Shown here in pieces: positions 39,666-51,128 of a stretch of DNA of 64,000 nt. This stretch comes from an uncultured Gammaproteobacteria bacterium (GTDB lineage: Bacteria; Pseudomonadota; Gammaproteobacteria; UBA9214), in assembly GCA_963748215.1 (NCBI GenBank), contig CAVVHS010000005.1, positions 64,001-128,000 on the forward strand, read 5' to 3'. The notes under the pieces are model-generated. The model saw only the letters and a list, made by a program, of their open reading frames with translations, made no database searches and had not been told where the DNA came from. How positions within the stretch are numbered: position 1 is the first letter of the stretch; each line of letters opens with the position of its first letter. The position numbers were made by a program, and so were the translations under genes.

Positions 39666-40964
39666 TTATTCCGGCTGCCCGGTTGCCGGCGCCATTTTGA
39701 GCATGTCGCGCAAGCGCTCCTTCAGTTGTTGTTGCGGCACCGCAAACTGCTCAGCCGTATCCCGCAGCGGCTTGATGACCACGGCCTGCTGCGCAGCCTC
39801 CTCGTCACCGATCACCAGCGCGTACGCCGCCCCGCTGCGGTCCGCGCGCTTGAACTGGCTTTTGAAACTGCCGCCGCCGCAATTGGTTTCCACGCGCAGG
39901 CGCGGCTCCGCGGTACGCAGTTCCTCGGCGTACACCATACCCCGTTGCATGCCTTGTACGCCGCTCAGCACCAGGTAAAAATGCAGGTCGGCCTCCGGCT
40001 GCCGTGTTTTGCCCGCCAGCAGCAGCGCATGCAGGCGCTCCAGGCCGATGGCGAAACCGAACGCCGGGGTCGGCCGGCCACCGAGGTACTCGACCAGGCC
40101 ATCATAACGTCCACCGGCGCAGATCGTGCCCTGCGCGCCGAGCTGGTCAGTCACCCATTCGAACACGGTCTTCGAATAGTAATCCAGGCCGCGCACCAGC
40201 CGCGGGTTCAGCACGTAGTCTATCCCTGCCGCATCCAGCAGGCTGCACAATCCGTCGAAGTGCTGGCGCGATTCGTCGTCGAGATAGTCCGCCAGGCTGG
40301 GCGCGGCTTCAATTACACCCTGCATTGCCGGATTCTTGCTGTCCAGGACGCGCAGCGGGTTGCCGTCGAGCCGCCGCCGGCTGTCCTCGTCAAGGTCATT
40401 CGCGCGGGACTGCAGGTACTCGAGCAGTGCGGTACGGTAGCTGGCACGTGCCGCCAGCGTGCCCAGCGAATTGAGCTGCAGCACTGTCTGCCCGATTCCG
40501 AGGCGCTGCCAGATGCGCGCGCTCATGAAGATCATCTCGGCATCGATGTCGGGACTCGCCATGCCGAAGGCCTCGACGCCGATCTGGTGGAACTGGCGAT
40601 AGCGGCCCTTTTGCGGACGCTCGTGCCGGAACATCGGCCCGGCATACCAGAGCCGCTGCACCTGGTTGTACAGCAGACCGTGTTCCATGCAGGCGCGCAC
40701 GCAGCCGGCCGTGCCTTCCGGACGCAGTGTCAGGCTGTCGCCGTTGCGGTCCTCGAAGGTATACATCTCCTTTTCGACAATATCGGTAATCTCGCCGATC
40801 GAGCGCTTGAACAGCTCGGTCTTTTCCACCACCGGCAGGCGAATCTCGCGGTAACCGTAGGCATGCACTACCTCGCGCAGCACCGCCTCAAGATACTGCC
40901 AGGCGGTGGTATCGCCCGGCAGGATGTCGTTCATGCCTCTAACGGCCTGTATTGTCTTGCTCAT
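39666..40964 (-). CDS. hisS: Histidine--tRNA ligase
   Basis: [44 protein letters not shown]. Confidence 0.98.
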   Translation of the reverse strand: MSKTIQAVRGMNDILPGDTTAWQYLEAVLREVVHAYGYREIRLPVVEKTELFKRSIGEITDIVEKEMYTFEDRNGDSLTLRPEGTAGCVRACMEHGLLYNQVQRLWYAGPMFRHERPQKGRYRQFHQIGVEAFGMASPDIDAEMIFMSARIWQRLGIGQTVLQLNSLGTLAARASYRTALLEYLQSRANDLDEDSRRRLDGNPLRVLDSKNPAMQGVIEAAPSLADYLDDESRQHFDGLCSLLDAAGIDYVLNPRLVRGLDYYSKTVFEWVTDQLGAQGTICAGGRYDGLVEYLGGRPTPAFGFAIGLERLHALLLAGKTRQPEADLHFYLVLSGVQGMQRGMVYAEELRTAEPRLRVETNCGGGSFKSQFKRADRSGAAYALVIGDEEAAQQAVVIKPLRDTAEQFAVPQQQLKERLRDMLKMAPATGQPE

Positions 40965-41069
40965 GTACCTGCCCAGATTCCTGCCTGTCCGGTGCCCGCG
41001 GCGCTGCACATCCGGCCCGCCGGTCGGCAATTGTGGAGGAGATTGTCCTGTCCCGTGTACCGTTTGCCG

Positions 41070-41567
41070 CTACCTGTCTGCCGGGGGCAACTCGAGACGT
41101 CCCGGCGCCTGTTCCTCGACGACCTTGTCCCGGGATGTCAGCAACTGCGCGACATACGGGTAGGCCAGCCAGATCATGATGCCCGTCAGCAGTACCAGCA
41201 CCACATTCCTGACCAGCCGCGTTGACGGCATCTGCAGCACGGGCACCTTGCGCCTGATGCGAGTGACCGTCAGCGGCGGCGGCGCGCCGGTCGTCTCGGC
41301 ATAACGCGCGAGCAGCTCCTGCACCGGCAGGTCCAGCAAACGGGCATAGCTGCGCAGGTAACCCTGAACGAAGATCGGCGCGGGCAAGGCCGCGCGATCG
41401 TCGCTTTCCAGTGCCCGGACGATCGCGGCATCCAGCTTGAGCTCGCGCGCAACCGTCTCGACGTCCAGCTTGCGCCCCTTTCTGGCAGCCGCGAGCTGCC
41501 GGCCTATCGGCGCGTCCCGATCGGACGATGCAGGCGTTGTCGCATCAGCGTCCCGACCTGAGCCCAT
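41070..41567 (-). CDS. rodZ: RodZ-like HTH_25 membrane protein, short (no periplasmic DUF4115 domain)
   Basis: IGRQLAAARK...ALESDD...FVQGYLRSYARLL, one TM helix, then only about 28 aa. Confidence 0.75.
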   Translation of the reverse strand: MGSGRDADATTPASSDRDAPIGRQLAAARKGRKLDVETVARELKLDAAIVRALESDDRAALPAPIFVQGYLRSYARLLDLPVQELLARYAETTGAPPPLTVTRIRRKVPVLQMPSTRLVRNVVLVLLTGIMIWLAYPYVAQLLTSRDKVVEEQAPGRLELPPADR

Positions 41568-42330
41568 TCTCCCACTCCATCAGTGAGGCGGTTTGCCTGC
41601 TGTCCGGAAAATTGTTTTTCAGTTGCAGCGCGTAATTGCCCCAGGCCTTGTGATCCTTGAGCGCATACTCGATACGCACACCAATCCACAGGCTCTCGGG
41701 CGTCTGCCGGCTGGTCTGCTGGTAACGCTGCAGGTAACCGCGCGCTTCGAGGTAGTTTTCGGACCCGAGGCTCAGGCTGGCCATCTGCAGCAGTGCGGGA
41801 CCGAAGGTGGGAGCCTTGTCCAGCGACTGCCGGTAATACATTTCCGCCTTCGCCATATCCGGCAACGCCTCCATGCACATGCCGGCATTCAGCAACGGCA
41901 GTTCGGGCGACGCGTAAAAGGAATTGTTCGCCGCGACCAGGAATTCCTGCTCGGCCGCCTTGTAACGCTTCATGTTGCACAGAAAGCGGCCATAGTTGTT
42001 GTGGGAAGCGGCATTGTCAGGGTTGAGCCTGAGGCCGCGTTTGAAATGCTTTTCGGCAAGGTCGGGCTTGCCGACCCTTTCGTACAGCACGGCGATCACG
42101 TCATGGGCATCGGCATAGTCCGGATCGATTTCCAGCGCCTTCTCGAGTTTTTTCAGCGAGGTCTCGTATTCACCCTTGCGCAGGTATTCCACGCCCAGCT
42201 GGGTGTTTGCCCGTGCGGCGGCAACAAGCTTGTCCTTTTCCTTTTCCCTGTCGAGCTTGGCGGTCGCACAGCCCGCCAGCAGCACGGGCAACAGCAGATA
42301 CAGCACCAGAATCCTTGGTTTCATGATCAT
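41545..42330 (-). CDS. pilW: Type IV pilus biogenesis/stability lipoprotein PilW/PilF
   Basis: Lipobox LAGC, TPRs ([15 protein letters not shown]), [10 protein letters not shown]; after rlmN. Confidence 0.9.
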   Translation of the reverse strand: MIMKPRILVLYLLLPVLLAGCATAKLDREKEKDKLVAAARANTQLGVEYLRKGEYETSLKKLEKALEIDPDYADAHDVIAVLYERVGKPDLAEKHFKRGLRLNPDNAASHNNYGRFLCNMKRYKAAEQEFLVAANNSFYASPELPLLNAGMCMEALPDMAKAEMYYRQSLDKAPTFGPALLQMASLSLGSENYLEARGYLQRYQQTSRQTPESLWIGVRIEYALKDHKAWGNYALQLKNNFPDSRQTASLMEWENGLRSGR

Positions 42331-43424
42331 TGCACCTGGTTGGCAGATTGGGAACGCACGCGCCGGCGGGTCCGGTCCCGGAATTGACCGGCCAGCTGGC
42401 CACAGGCCGCATCGATATCTTCGCCGCGGGTCTTGCGGGTGATGGTCACGATGCCGGCCTGGTTGAGTATCTCGAAAAATTTATGGATACGGTTGTTCGA
42501 GCTGCGCAGGTAACGCGTCTGCGGGAACGGGTTGAACGGTATCAGGTTCACCTTGGCGGGCACGCCCTCGAGACAGCGGATCAGTTCGCGCGCATGCTGG
42601 TCCGTGTCGTTGACGCCTGCCAGCAGGACGTATTCGAACGTGACGCGCCGGCGCCCCTCGCCGACATACTCGCGGCAGGCATCGAGCAGTTCGCGGATCG
42701 GGTACTTCCTGTTCAGCGGCACCAGTTCGTCGCGCAGCGCATCGGTGGATGCATGCAGCGATACCGCCAGGCTGACATCGCAGTCCTCGCGCAGTTGCCG
42801 GATTGCCGGCACCACGCCCGCGGTGCTCAGGGTGATGCGCCGCTTCGACAGGCCGTAGCCGAAATCATCAAGCATGATGCGCATGGCGCTCACCACGTTG
42901 TCATAATTGAGCAGCGGTTCACCCATGCCCATCATCACGACATTGGAAATCATGCGTTCGGTTTCCGGCCGCTGGCCCAGCAGGTGTGCCGCCATCCATA
43001 CCTGCGCGATGATCTCGCCGGTGGACAGGTTACGGTTGAAGCCCTGCTGCGCGGTAGAGCAGAAACTGCAGTTCAGCATGCAGCCAACCTGCGACGACAC
43101 GCACAGCGTACCGCGCTCCGCTTCCGGGATGAACACGGTTTCGATGCAATTGCCGTCGGCAAGCCGGAACAGCCACTTGCGCGAGCCGTCATCCGACAGG
43201 TTGTCCGCCGCGATTTCCGGCAGGCGCACCTCGGCCCGTTCCGCCAGGTCCGTTCGCAGTGCCTTGCTGATGTTGGTCATTGCCGCGAAGTCGGCGACCC
43301 CCTGGCCGTACAGCCATTTCATGACCTGCGTGGCGCGGAACGCCTTTTCACCCTGGTCGGTGAAGAAGCGCTCCAGGCCCGGACGGTCAAGATCCAGCAG
43401 ATTGGTTTTCGGGGTATCGGTCAT
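42327..43424 (-). CDS. rlmN: Dual-specificity RNA methyltransferase RlmN
   Basis: [35 protein letters not shown]. Confidence 0.97.
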   Translation of the reverse strand: MTDTPKTNLLDLDRPGLERFFTDQGEKAFRATQVMKWLYGQGVADFAAMTNISKALRTDLAERAEVRLPEIAADNLSDDGSRKWLFRLADGNCIETVFIPEAERGTLCVSSQVGCMLNCSFCSTAQQGFNRNLSTGEIIAQVWMAAHLLGQRPETERMISNVVMMGMGEPLLNYDNVVSAMRIMLDDFGYGLSKRRITLSTAGVVPAIRQLREDCDVSLAVSLHASTDALRDELVPLNRKYPIRELLDACREYVGEGRRRVTFEYVLLAGVNDTDQHARELIRCLEGVPAKVNLIPFNPFPQTRYLRSSNNRIHKFFEILNQAGIVTITRKTRGEDIDAACGQLAGQFRDRTRRRVRSQSANQVQ

Positions 43425-43445
43425 GCGGGTTCGACCTGTTTCGGC

Positions 43446-43874
43446 CTAGCGGGTTCGCGGGCACAGGCCGTCGCCGAAGAAGAACTCGATTTCCTGGGCG
43501 GCGGTCTCCGGGGCATCGGACCCGTGCACGGCATTCTCGTCCACGGTCTTGGCGAAATCGGCACGAATGGTGCCTGCTGCGGCCTCGGCCGGGTTGGTGG
43601 CACCCATCAGCTCGCGGTTCTTCTTGACGGCATTCTCCCCTTCCAGCACCTGCACCACCACCGGACCCGAGGTCATGAATTCGACCAGGTCGTTGTAGAA
43701 CGGACGCTCCTTGTGCACGGCGTAGAAGCCCTGGGCCTGCTCCTTCGTGAGATGGAGCATCTTCATCGCGATGACGCGCAGCCCGTTTTTCTCGAAACGG
43801 CTGACGATCTCGCCAATCACATTCTTGGCGACCGCATCGGGTTTGATAATGGAAAAGGTCCGTTCAATTGCCAT
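43446..43874 (-). CDS. ndk: Nucleoside diphosphate kinase
   Basis: [24 protein letters not shown]. Confidence 0.98.
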   Translation of the reverse strand: MAIERTFSIIKPDAVAKNVIGEIVSRFEKNGLRVIAMKMLHLTKEQAQGFYAVHKERPFYNDLVEFMTSGPVVVQVLEGENAVKKNRELMGATNPAEAAAGTIRADFAKTVDENAVHGSDAPETAAQEIEFFFGDGLCPRTR

Positions 43875-44065
43875 GCCATACTCCGTAAATAACGCTGAAC
43901 AAGAAACCCGCCGGAAAACGGGGGGTTAGTGAATAATTTCAATCGGGTAGTTTAAGCGCAAGACGGCGCGCAAGCAATGACGCCGCGGCACTTTTCAGCA
44001 AGAATTATACCGGATGGGGCTTGTTAGCATTTGGATTCGCAACAGAGCGCACAGAGTTGACTAGC

Positions 44066-44173
44066 GAACCTCTGATTAATTCGTCATGCCGGCGAAAGCC
44101 GGCATCCAGGCCATTGAGAACACTGGATCCCGGCATGCGCCGGGATGACGATGAGTGAATCAATCAGAGGTTC
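44066..44173. mobile_element. MITE-like element: 17-bp terminal inverted repeats enclosing a CGTC REP doublet
   Basis: GAACCTCTGATTAATTC...GAATCAATCAGAGGTTC (16/17 complementary); inside lies CGTCATGCCGGCGAAAGCCGGCATCCAG...CTGGATCCCGGCATGCGCCGGGATGACG. Confidence 0.7.
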
Positions 44174-44249
44174 CATCGTTCAACAGAGCAATATTCAACC
44201 TCTTTGCACCCGGTGTTCTCTGTGGCGTTTTTTTCATTCAGCCCGTCGC

Positions 44250-45119
44250 TCAGGAAAACACCCGGTGGGCGGTCTCGCCGATCAGCGCCGGGTTGCGCAC
44301 CACGTGCACGCCCAGCTCTTGCATCACGTCCATCTTGGCATTGGCGGTGTCGGCCTGGCCGGAAATGATGGCGCCGGCATGTCCCATGCGCCGTCCGGGC
44401 GGTGCCGAGACACCGGCAATGAAACCGACGACCGGCTTTTTCATGTTGTCGCGTGCCCAGCGCGCCGCCTCGACTTCCTGCTGGCCGCCGATCTCGCCGA
44501 TCATGATGACGGCGTCGGTGTCCGGGTCTTCCTCGAAGGCCCGCAGCACGGTGACGAAATCGGTGCCGTTGACCGGGTCGCCACCGATGCCGACCGAGGT
44601 CGACTGGCCCATGCCGAGCTCCGACATCTGCTGCACGGCCTCGTAGTTGAGTGTGCCGGAACGCGACACCACGCCGATGCGGCCCGGCGTGTAGATATGC
44701 GAGGGCATGATGCCGACCTTGCAGGCGGCCGGGGTGATGATGCCGGGCGTGTTCGGCCCGATGATGACCGCGTTGCGATCCTTGGCGTAGCGCTTGACCT
44801 TCACCATGTCGTGTACCGGGATGCCGTCCGCGATCACGACCGCCACGGCGATACCGGCCTCGATCGCCTCCATGATGGCATCGGCGGCAAACGGCGGCGG
44901 CACGAAGATCCCGGCCACGTCGGCGCCGGTCTGTTCGACGGCCTGGTGTACGGTGTCGAACACCGGCAGGCCGAGGTGGTGCTGGCCGCCCTTGCCGGGG
45001 GTCACGCCGCCGACGATGGTGGTGCCGTTCTGCATGGCCTCTTCGGCATGAAAGGTGGCGTGTTGGCCGGTGAAGCCCTGGATAATGACGCGCGAATGCT
45101 TGTGTACGAATACACTCAT
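44250..45119 (-). CDS. mtkB: Malate--CoA ligase (malate thiokinase) alpha subunit, SucD-like
   Basis: [28 protein letters not shown] phospho-His; ATGA-coupled to mtkA. Confidence 0.8.
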   Translation of the reverse strand: MSVFVHKHSRVIIQGFTGQHATFHAEEAMQNGTTIVGGVTPGKGGQHHLGLPVFDTVHQAVEQTGADVAGIFVPPPFAADAIMEAIEAGIAVAVVIADGIPVHDMVKVKRYAKDRNAVIIGPNTPGIITPAACKVGIMPSHIYTPGRIGVVSRSGTLNYEAVQQMSELGMGQSTSVGIGGDPVNGTDFVTVLRAFEEDPDTDAVIMIGEIGGQQEVEAARWARDNMKKPVVGFIAGVSAPPGRRMGHAGAIISGQADTANAKMDVMQELGVHVVRNPALIGETAHRVFS

Positions 45120-46285
45120 GAGGATGCTCCCAGTGTTGCCATGACCCTGGTGGCCGCATCGTCCAGGTTCTCCGCCATGATGAACGGGAAACCGGACTGT
45201 TCCAGGATGGGTGCGCCGAGCTCGACGTTGGTGCCGGCCAGCCGCACCACGATCGGCACATCGATCTGCAGGTCGCGCATGGCCTGCACCAGGCCCTCGG
45301 CGATCCAGTCGCAGCGGTTGATGCCGGCGAAAATGTTGACCAGGATGATTTTCACGTTCGGATCCTGCAACACGATGCGGAAGGCGTTGCCGACCTTCTC
45401 CGGCGAGGCGCCGCCGCCGACGTCGAGGAAGTTGGCCGGCTTGCCCTGATGGAAGCTGATCGCATCCATGGTGGCCATGGCCAGGCCCGCGCCGTTGACG
45501 ATGCAGCCGACGTTACCATCCAGCGCGATGTAGTTCAGGCCGTGGCCGGAGGCCTCGACCTCCTTGGTGTCTTCCTCATCGAAATCGCGCATCTCGGTGA
45601 TGTCCGAATGGCGGTACAGCGCGTTGCCGTCGAAAGACATCTTGGCGTCCAGCGCGATCAGGTCGCCGCCGTTGATCTCGGCCAGCGGATTGATCTCCAC
45701 CAGCAGCGCATCCTTGTCGCGGAAGCAGCGGTACAGCGCCAGCATCAGCTTGGTGGCGGCACTGATCTGCTTGCCCCGCAGGCCGATCTTCGCCGCGATC
45801 TTGCGGCACTGGAAACTCATCAGTCCGACCGCCGGATCGACCGTCTCGCGAATCACGCGCTCGGGCGTGGCCTTCGCGACTTCCTCGATGTTCATGCCGC
45901 CGGAGGCCGAGGCGATGATGGTCACGCGCTGGCTGGCGCGGTCGATCACCATGCCCAGGTAGTATTCCTTTTCGATGTTGCTGGCCTGCTCCACCAGCAC
46001 ACGCTGCACCAGGCGCCCGGCCGGTCCGGTCTGCGGCGTCACCAGGTGGATACCGATCATGGCGTCGGTATGATGGCGTACCTCGTCGAGCGAATTCGCG
46101 ACCTTGACACCGCCGCCCTTGCCACGGCCACCGGCATGGATCTGCGCCTTCACCACCCAGCGCTCGCCTCCGAGGTCCTCGGCGATGGTCACGGCATTGT
46201 CGACATTGTGCGCGACACGCCCGGCGGGGACCGGAACGCCGTAGCCGCGCAGCAGTTCCTTGGTCTGGTATTCATGGATATTCAC
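45116..46285 (-). CDS. mtkA: Malate--CoA ligase beta subunit
   Basis: GTG start (VNIHEYQ), [14 protein letters not shown], and [12 protein letters not shown] (Mtk-type; SucC has IFGGIVRCD); adjacent to mcl. Confidence 0.85.
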   Translation of the reverse strand: MNIHEYQTKELLRGYGVPVPAGRVAHNVDNAVTIAEDLGGERWVVKAQIHAGGRGKGGGVKVANSLDEVRHHTDAMIGIHLVTPQTGPAGRLVQRVLVEQASNIEKEYYLGMVIDRASQRVTIIASASGGMNIEEVAKATPERVIRETVDPAVGLMSFQCRKIAAKIGLRGKQISAATKLMLALYRCFRDKDALLVEINPLAEINGGDLIALDAKMSFDGNALYRHSDITEMRDFDEEDTKEVEASGHGLNYIALDGNVGCIVNGAGLAMATMDAISFHQGKPANFLDVGGGASPEKVGNAFRIVLQDPNVKIILVNIFAGINRCDWIAEGLVQAMRDLQIDVPIVVRLAGTNVELGAPILEQSGFPFIMAENLDDAATRVMATLGASS

Positions 46286-46414
46286 GTGGCTTCTCCGTTG
46301 TTGTCGTTTAGCCCGCCTATTGCACCGGCATACGGGATGCTGGCGCAGGACAGGTGCGGCTGTACGCCGCTCTGGAACGAGAGTCATAGCAGTGGCTATG
46401 ACTTGAGTGAAGAG

Positions 46415-46505
46415 GTCGCTCCCGGCATGGCCCAGGCCAGTCTCTCGACCGCATGGCGGTCTCACCTTCTCCTGCCTCCCGTGCCACTTGCACGTCCCTG
46501 TGTAT
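46415..46505 (-). repeat. Two-hairpin short repeat with a nested 42-nt element
   Basis: Host resembles 30724-30774; the insert 46428-46469 is 36/42 identical to 6673-6714. Confidence 0.75.
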
Positions 46506-46659
46506 CGCAAGTCCAGGCGTGCCTGGGCCAGCCAGGGCCCTGATAGGCCGCGGGCCGGTTACATACCGTACCCCTGTAATTCGATGGACCCTCAATGCTT
46601 GTTACCCCGTTTTGACATGATTACCTGCAGGACCGCGGCCGGCCGGTGCAACAGGCTGG

Positions 46660-47634
46660 CTACTGTCGTGCCGTGAGCGACTGCTGGATCTGGTCTGCCT
46701 TGCTGACCAGCACCTGCGCCTGGCGAATGGATGCGGCATCGATCAGGCGCCCGTCCAGCGCCACCGCGCCGCGGCCTTCCTTCGCGGCCTCTTCCATCGC
46801 GACCAGAATACGGCGTGCGCGGTCGACTTCCGCTTCCCCGGGGGTGAACACCTGGTGAGCCAGCTCGATCTGCGAGGGATGGATGGCCCACTTGCCCTCC
46901 ATGCCCAGCGCCGCCATGCTGCCGGCAGCAGCGAGATAGCCGTCCGGGTCGTTGAAGTCGCCGAACGGGCCGTCGATCGGACGCAGGCCGTACGCACGGC
47001 AGGCCACGACCAGGCGCGAGGCCGCGAAGTGCCACTGGTCACCCCAGTGCCGCTCGCGCCGGCCCTGCTCGTCCGGGTGTGTCAGGGTGTAGTAATCCGG
47101 GTTGGCGCCGCCCATGTTGGTGGTGCGCGCCTGGGTGGATGCCGCGTAGTCCGCGACGCCGAACACCATGGCCTCGAGGCGTTCCGGACAGGTCTGCGCG
47201 ATGCTCTCCACGTTGGCCATGCCCATGGCGGTCTCGATCAGTATATGCAGGTTGATCGGCTTATAGCCCTTCGCCGCCTCGATCTGCTCCAGCATGGTGG
47301 ACACGAACAGGATGTCCGACGGTGAGCCGACCTTGGGAATCAGGATGGTGTCCAGCTTGTCGCCGGCCTGTTCGACCACGTCCACGATGTCGCGGTAGCA
47401 GTAATGGGTATCCAGGCCGTTGATGCGCACCGAGACCGAACAGTGCGACCAGTCCATGTCATTCAGCGCATCGATGACGTTCTTGCGCGCCTGCGCCTTG
47501 TCGTCCGGCGCCACGGCGTCCTCGAGGTCCAGGAATACCACGTCGGCACCGGCCGTCGGGGCCTTCTCCAGCATGCGGGTATTACTGCCGGGGACAGCCA
47601 GTTCACTTCGGTGCAGACGATTTCTTACAGCCAT
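46660..47634 (-). CDS. mcl: Malyl-CoA lyase (CitE/HpcH family)
   Basis: MAVRNRLHRSELAVPGSN, FLDLEDAVAP, RINGLDTHY, WGDQWHF, ACRAYGLRPIDGPFGDF, EGKWAIHPSQI. Confidence 0.88.
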   Translation of the reverse strand: MAVRNRLHRSELAVPGSNTRMLEKAPTAGADVVFLDLEDAVAPDDKAQARKNVIDALNDMDWSHCSVSVRINGLDTHYCYRDIVDVVEQAGDKLDTILIPKVGSPSDILFVSTMLEQIEAAKGYKPINLHILIETAMGMANVESIAQTCPERLEAMVFGVADYAASTQARTTNMGGANPDYYTLTHPDEQGRRERHWGDQWHFAASRLVVACRAYGLRPIDGPFGDFNDPDGYLAAAGSMAALGMEGKWAIHPSQIELAHQVFTPGEAEVDRARRILVAMEEAAKEGRGAVALDGRLIDAASIRQAQVLVSKADQIQQSLTARQ

Positions 47635-47914
47635 GGAATACCTCTGTTCTGAATTTGGACACAAGGAACCCGCCCGGCAAATCAGGGTCGGAAGAACTCC
47701 AGCGGAAAAAACCCGGCAGGAACAAGGCCGCGTAATATACAAGGTTGCAACGGTTAATGGAACGCGGCGCCGCTGCGGGTACCGGGCGGCAGGCGGTTGA
47801 CCGTGTATCAGCGGCGCCGGACACGGTACTTGAAATCTATATTTATTCAGTCAGTTACAGCAGCGTCTTGCAACAGTTTTGCAACTCTAGGCCGGCACGC
47901 GGCGCACACCGCGA

Positions 47915-48115
47915 TCAATCGCGCTCTTCGATCCAGGCCATCTGGATGGCCTCGAGAATGCGTTCACCGCTGTGCTCCGGGTCATCATCGAAGGAATCCA
48001 GCTGCATCACCTTTTCGCGCAGGTCGACGAAATTGATCGTCAGCGGGTCCACGTCGGGCCAGGCCTCGACGAGTTCGATGGCGATGTCCAGGGTATCCGT
48101 CCATTTAAGAGCCAT
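47915..48115 (-). CDS. iscX: Fe-S assembly protein IscX
   Basis: MALKWTDTLDIAIEL...FDDDPEHSGERILEAIQMAWIEE. Confidence 0.95.
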   Translation of the reverse strand: MALKWTDTLDIAIELVEAWPDVDPLTINFVDLREKVMQLDSFDDDPEHSGERILEAIQMAWIEERD

Positions 48116-48145
48116 TATTGTGCACCTGCGTTGCCTTGTTAAATT

Positions 48146-48224
48146 GTAGGAGCGGATCTCATCCGCGATCATATCGAATTTTTCGAGAGTCACAAAAAAG
48201 ATCGCGGATGAGATCCGCTCCTAC
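48146..48224. repeat. GTAG REP doublet (REPIN-like), perfect inverted arms
   Basis: GTAGGAGCGGATCTCATCCGCGATC...GATCGCGGATGAGATCCGCTCCTAC between fdx and iscX. Confidence 0.85.
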
Positions 48225-48234
48225 CCTGATCTGA

Positions 48235-48573
48235 TCAGTGATTCTCCGACACCATGTTGATGGTGTATTTCGGGATCTCCACTACCAAGTCAGCATCGCC
48301 GACCACAGCCTGGCAACTCAGGCGCGAGTCCGGGTCCAGGCCCCAGGCCTTGTCGAGCAGGTCGTCCTCGTCCTCGGTGGACTCTGCCAGTGAATCCGCA
48401 CCCTCGCGGATGTACACATGACAGGTGGTACAGGCGCAGGATTTTTCGCAGGCATGCTCGATCTCGATACCGTTCGCCAGCGCGGCATCGCAGATAGTGG
48501 TGCCCGGACTGGCCTCGATAACGGCACCTTCGGGACAGATTTCCTCGTGGGGCAGAAAGATTATCTGGGTCAT
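48235..48573 (-). CDS. fdx: ISC system 2Fe-2S ferredoxin
   Basis: IEHACEKSCACTTCH...SRLSCQ. Confidence 0.97.
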   Translation of the reverse strand: MTQIIFLPHEEICPEGAVIEASPGTTICDAALANGIEIEHACEKSCACTTCHVYIREGADSLAESTEDEDDLLDKAWGLDPDSRLSCQAVVGDADLVVEIPKYTINMVSENH

Positions 48574-48611
48574 GGGCGTGTGTATACCGGTGCAGCTGCG
48601 CACATTGCAAG

Positions 48612-50489
48612 TCAGGTGTTGAATTCGTCCACGCGATGGCCGGCCATGACGGCACGGATGCTGGTGTTCATGCGCCGCTCGACATAGATGCTGCTGGCCT
48701 GCTCGACCGCCTCGATCGCCTGCTTGATGGCGCGATAGTCGCTGCCGTTGCGGCACCCGGCCAGCGTTGCCGCCGCCGCATCGATGGCGGCGCGCTCTTC
48801 GGCATTCAGCAGCTCGTCACCGTCTTTCGACAGCGCGGCCTGCAGGGCCTCGAGTACACGGTCGGCCTCGACCTGTTCCTCGCGCAGACGCCGGGCATCG
48901 CGGTCGTCCGCGGCGTGCGCCATGGAATCCTTCAGCATGGTCTCGATCTCGCGATCACTCAGACCGTAGGACGGCTTGATCTCGATGCTGCTTGTCACGC
49001 CCTGCGTCAGTTCCCCGGCCGTGACATTGAGCAGACCGTCGGCGTCGACCTGAAACGTGACACGGATACGTGCGGCACCGGCCACCATGGGCGGAATGTC
49101 GTGCAGCTCGAATTTCGCCAGCGAACGGCAGTCATCCACCAGCTCACGCTCGCCCTGCACGACGTGCAGCGACATGGCGGTCTGGCCGTCCTTGAACGTG
49201 GTGAACTCCTGGGCACGCGCGGTGGGTATGGTGGTATTGCGCGGAATGATTTTCTCGGTCAGTCCGCCCATCGTCTCCAGCCCCAGCGACAGCGGGATGA
49301 CATCCAGCAACAGCATTTCCTCGTCGGGCTTGTTGCCGGCGAGGATGTCGGCCTGGATGGCGGCGCCCACGGCGACCACCTTGTCCGGATCGATATCGAC
49401 CATCGGCTCGGCCTTGAAGAAGTCCGCCACCCGCGCGCGCACCAGCGGCACGCGCGTGGAACCACCCACCATCACCACGGTCTGCACCTCGCCGGCACGC
49501 ACACCCGCATCGCGCAGCGCGCGCCGGCAGGGCCCCAGCGTCTTCTCGACCAGCGTGCCGATCAGCACTTCAAAGTGCGCGCGCGTCAGTTCGCCCGTCC
49601 AGTGGCTTCCATCATCGCGGACGACGTCGACCACGACCCGGTCCTGCACGGTGAGCGCCTCCTTGGCGGAGCGCGCGATCTGCATCAGGTGGCGCAAGCG
49701 GCTGTGCCCGGCATCGTCGCCGATACCGGCCTGCGCCATGATCCATTGCGCCACGGCGCGGTCCATGTCATCACCGCCCAACGCCGTATCACCGGCGGTG
49801 GACAGCACTTCGAACACGCCCTTGTTGAGGCGCAGGACAGAGATATCGAAGGTACCACCGCCCAGGTCATAAATGGCGATCACACCCTCGGAACCCTGGT
49901 CGAGGCCGTAGGCGACCGCCGCCGCCGTCGGCTCGTTGAGCAGGCGCAGCACGTTCAGGCCGGCCAGCCGCCCGGCGTCCTTGGTCGCCTGGCGCTGTGC
50001 GTCGTCAAAATAGGCCGGCACGGTAATCACGACACCCTGTAGTTCACCGCCCAGCGTCTGTTCGGCACGCTGCTTCAGCGCCCGCAGGATCTCCGCGGAC
50101 ACCTCCACCGGGCTGACGTCGCCGCCGGCTGTGTGCAGCAGCGGCATGCCGCTCGAGCTGTCGACGAACGCGTAGGGCAACGCCGCGCCGATATGCCGTA
50201 TGTCGTCGACACCGCGCCCCATCAGGCGCTTGACCGAGGCAATGGTATTGAGCGGGTCGTCCACCGCCGCCGCCAGGGCGTCGTCACCGACCTCCGGTGC
50301 GCGATCGGCGTGATAGCGCACCACCGACGGCAGCAGGTGCCGGCCCTGCGTATCCGGCAAGGTTTCGGCCACCCCGCTGCGCACACTGGCTATCAGCGAG
50401 TTGGTGGTGCCGAGGTCGATGCCGGCCGCCAGCCGGTGCTGGTGCGGGGCCGTCGACTGGCCGGGTTCGGAGATTTGCAGTAGTGCCAT
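48612..50489 (-). CDS. hscA: Fe-S chaperone HscA
   Basis: [48 protein letters not shown]. Confidence 0.97.
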   Translation of the reverse strand: MALLQISEPGQSTAPHQHRLAAGIDLGTTNSLIASVRSGVAETLPDTQGRHLLPSVVRYHADRAPEVGDDALAAAVDDPLNTIASVKRLMGRGVDDIRHIGAALPYAFVDSSSGMPLLHTAGGDVSPVEVSAEILRALKQRAEQTLGGELQGVVITVPAYFDDAQRQATKDAGRLAGLNVLRLLNEPTAAAVAYGLDQGSEGVIAIYDLGGGTFDISVLRLNKGVFEVLSTAGDTALGGDDMDRAVAQWIMAQAGIGDDAGHSRLRHLMQIARSAKEALTVQDRVVVDVVRDDGSHWTGELTRAHFEVLIGTLVEKTLGPCRRALRDAGVRAGEVQTVVMVGGSTRVPLVRARVADFFKAEPMVDIDPDKVVAVGAAIQADILAGNKPDEEMLLLDVIPLSLGLETMGGLTEKIIPRNTTIPTARAQEFTTFKDGQTAMSLHVVQGERELVDDCRSLAKFELHDIPPMVAGAARIRVTFQVDADGLLNVTAGELTQGVTSSIEIKPSYGLSDREIETMLKDSMAHAADDRDARRLREEQVEADRVLEALQAALSKDGDELLNAEERAAIDAAAATLAGCRNGSDYRAIKQAIEAVEQASSIYVERRMNTSIRAVMAGHRVDEFNT

Positions 50490-50542
50490 CGCTTAACAAT
50501 GATCCGTAGCGTTGATGTTCGGCATCGGGTCGGCCCGGTACC

Positions 50543-51094
50543 TTACGCCAGTTCATCCTCGAGTGTCACCTCGAGCTCGACCGCCTCGTCCTGCAGGCGA
50601 CGAAAGAACTGCAGTTTCATGAGTGCCTCGCCGGCGGCCTGCAGGCTGGCGGCGTCGCCGCGGGCAAACAGTTCGGTCAGCCCGGCGACCAGTCCCTCGA
50701 TGTCATGGCCGATGCGGTCCTGGATCTCGCCCAGCGCCACGAAGGGCTCCTGTGCCGCGCGGACCTCGCCAAGGGCCTCGCGCAATTCCATCTGCTCCAT
50801 GAGGAAGCCGGTGTCACGCGTAGTGCGGTGTTCATCATCGAACTCGATACCGGCCAGCCCGAGCAAATAGCGACCGCGCCGCAGCGGGTCCTTCAGTACC
50901 TGGTAACCCTCGTTGATGCGCGTCGCATGCTGCGCGGAGATCCGCCGTTCGAGATCTGAAGCAGAGGCGAAGCGGTCCGGATGGGCAGTGCGCTGCAGCT
51001 CACGAAACCGCGCGTCCAGCTGCTGGCGGTCGATCGCAAAGGACTGCCGCAGACCGAACAGTTCGAAATGGGTTGGGGCGGATTCCACAGCCAT
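50543..51094 (-). CDS. hscB: Co-chaperone HscB
   Basis: J-domain HPDRF, FLMEQMELRE. Confidence 0.95.
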   Translation of the reverse strand: MAVESAPTHFELFGLRQSFAIDRQQLDARFRELQRTAHPDRFASASDLERRISAQHATRINEGYQVLKDPLRRGRYLLGLAGIEFDDEHRTTRDTGFLMEQMELREALGEVRAAQEPFVALGEIQDRIGHDIEGLVAGLTELFARGDAASLQAAGEALMKLQFFRRLQDEAVELEVTLEDELA

Positions 51095-51128
51095 TACAGA
51101 AGAAACCTTGTGATCGAATAATGCATCG

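Noticed and set aside
44250-46285. Ordinary TCA succinyl-CoA synthetase sucCD
   Set aside because: The [10 protein letters not shown] motif, adjacency to mcl and lack of sucAB context favour malate thiokinase.
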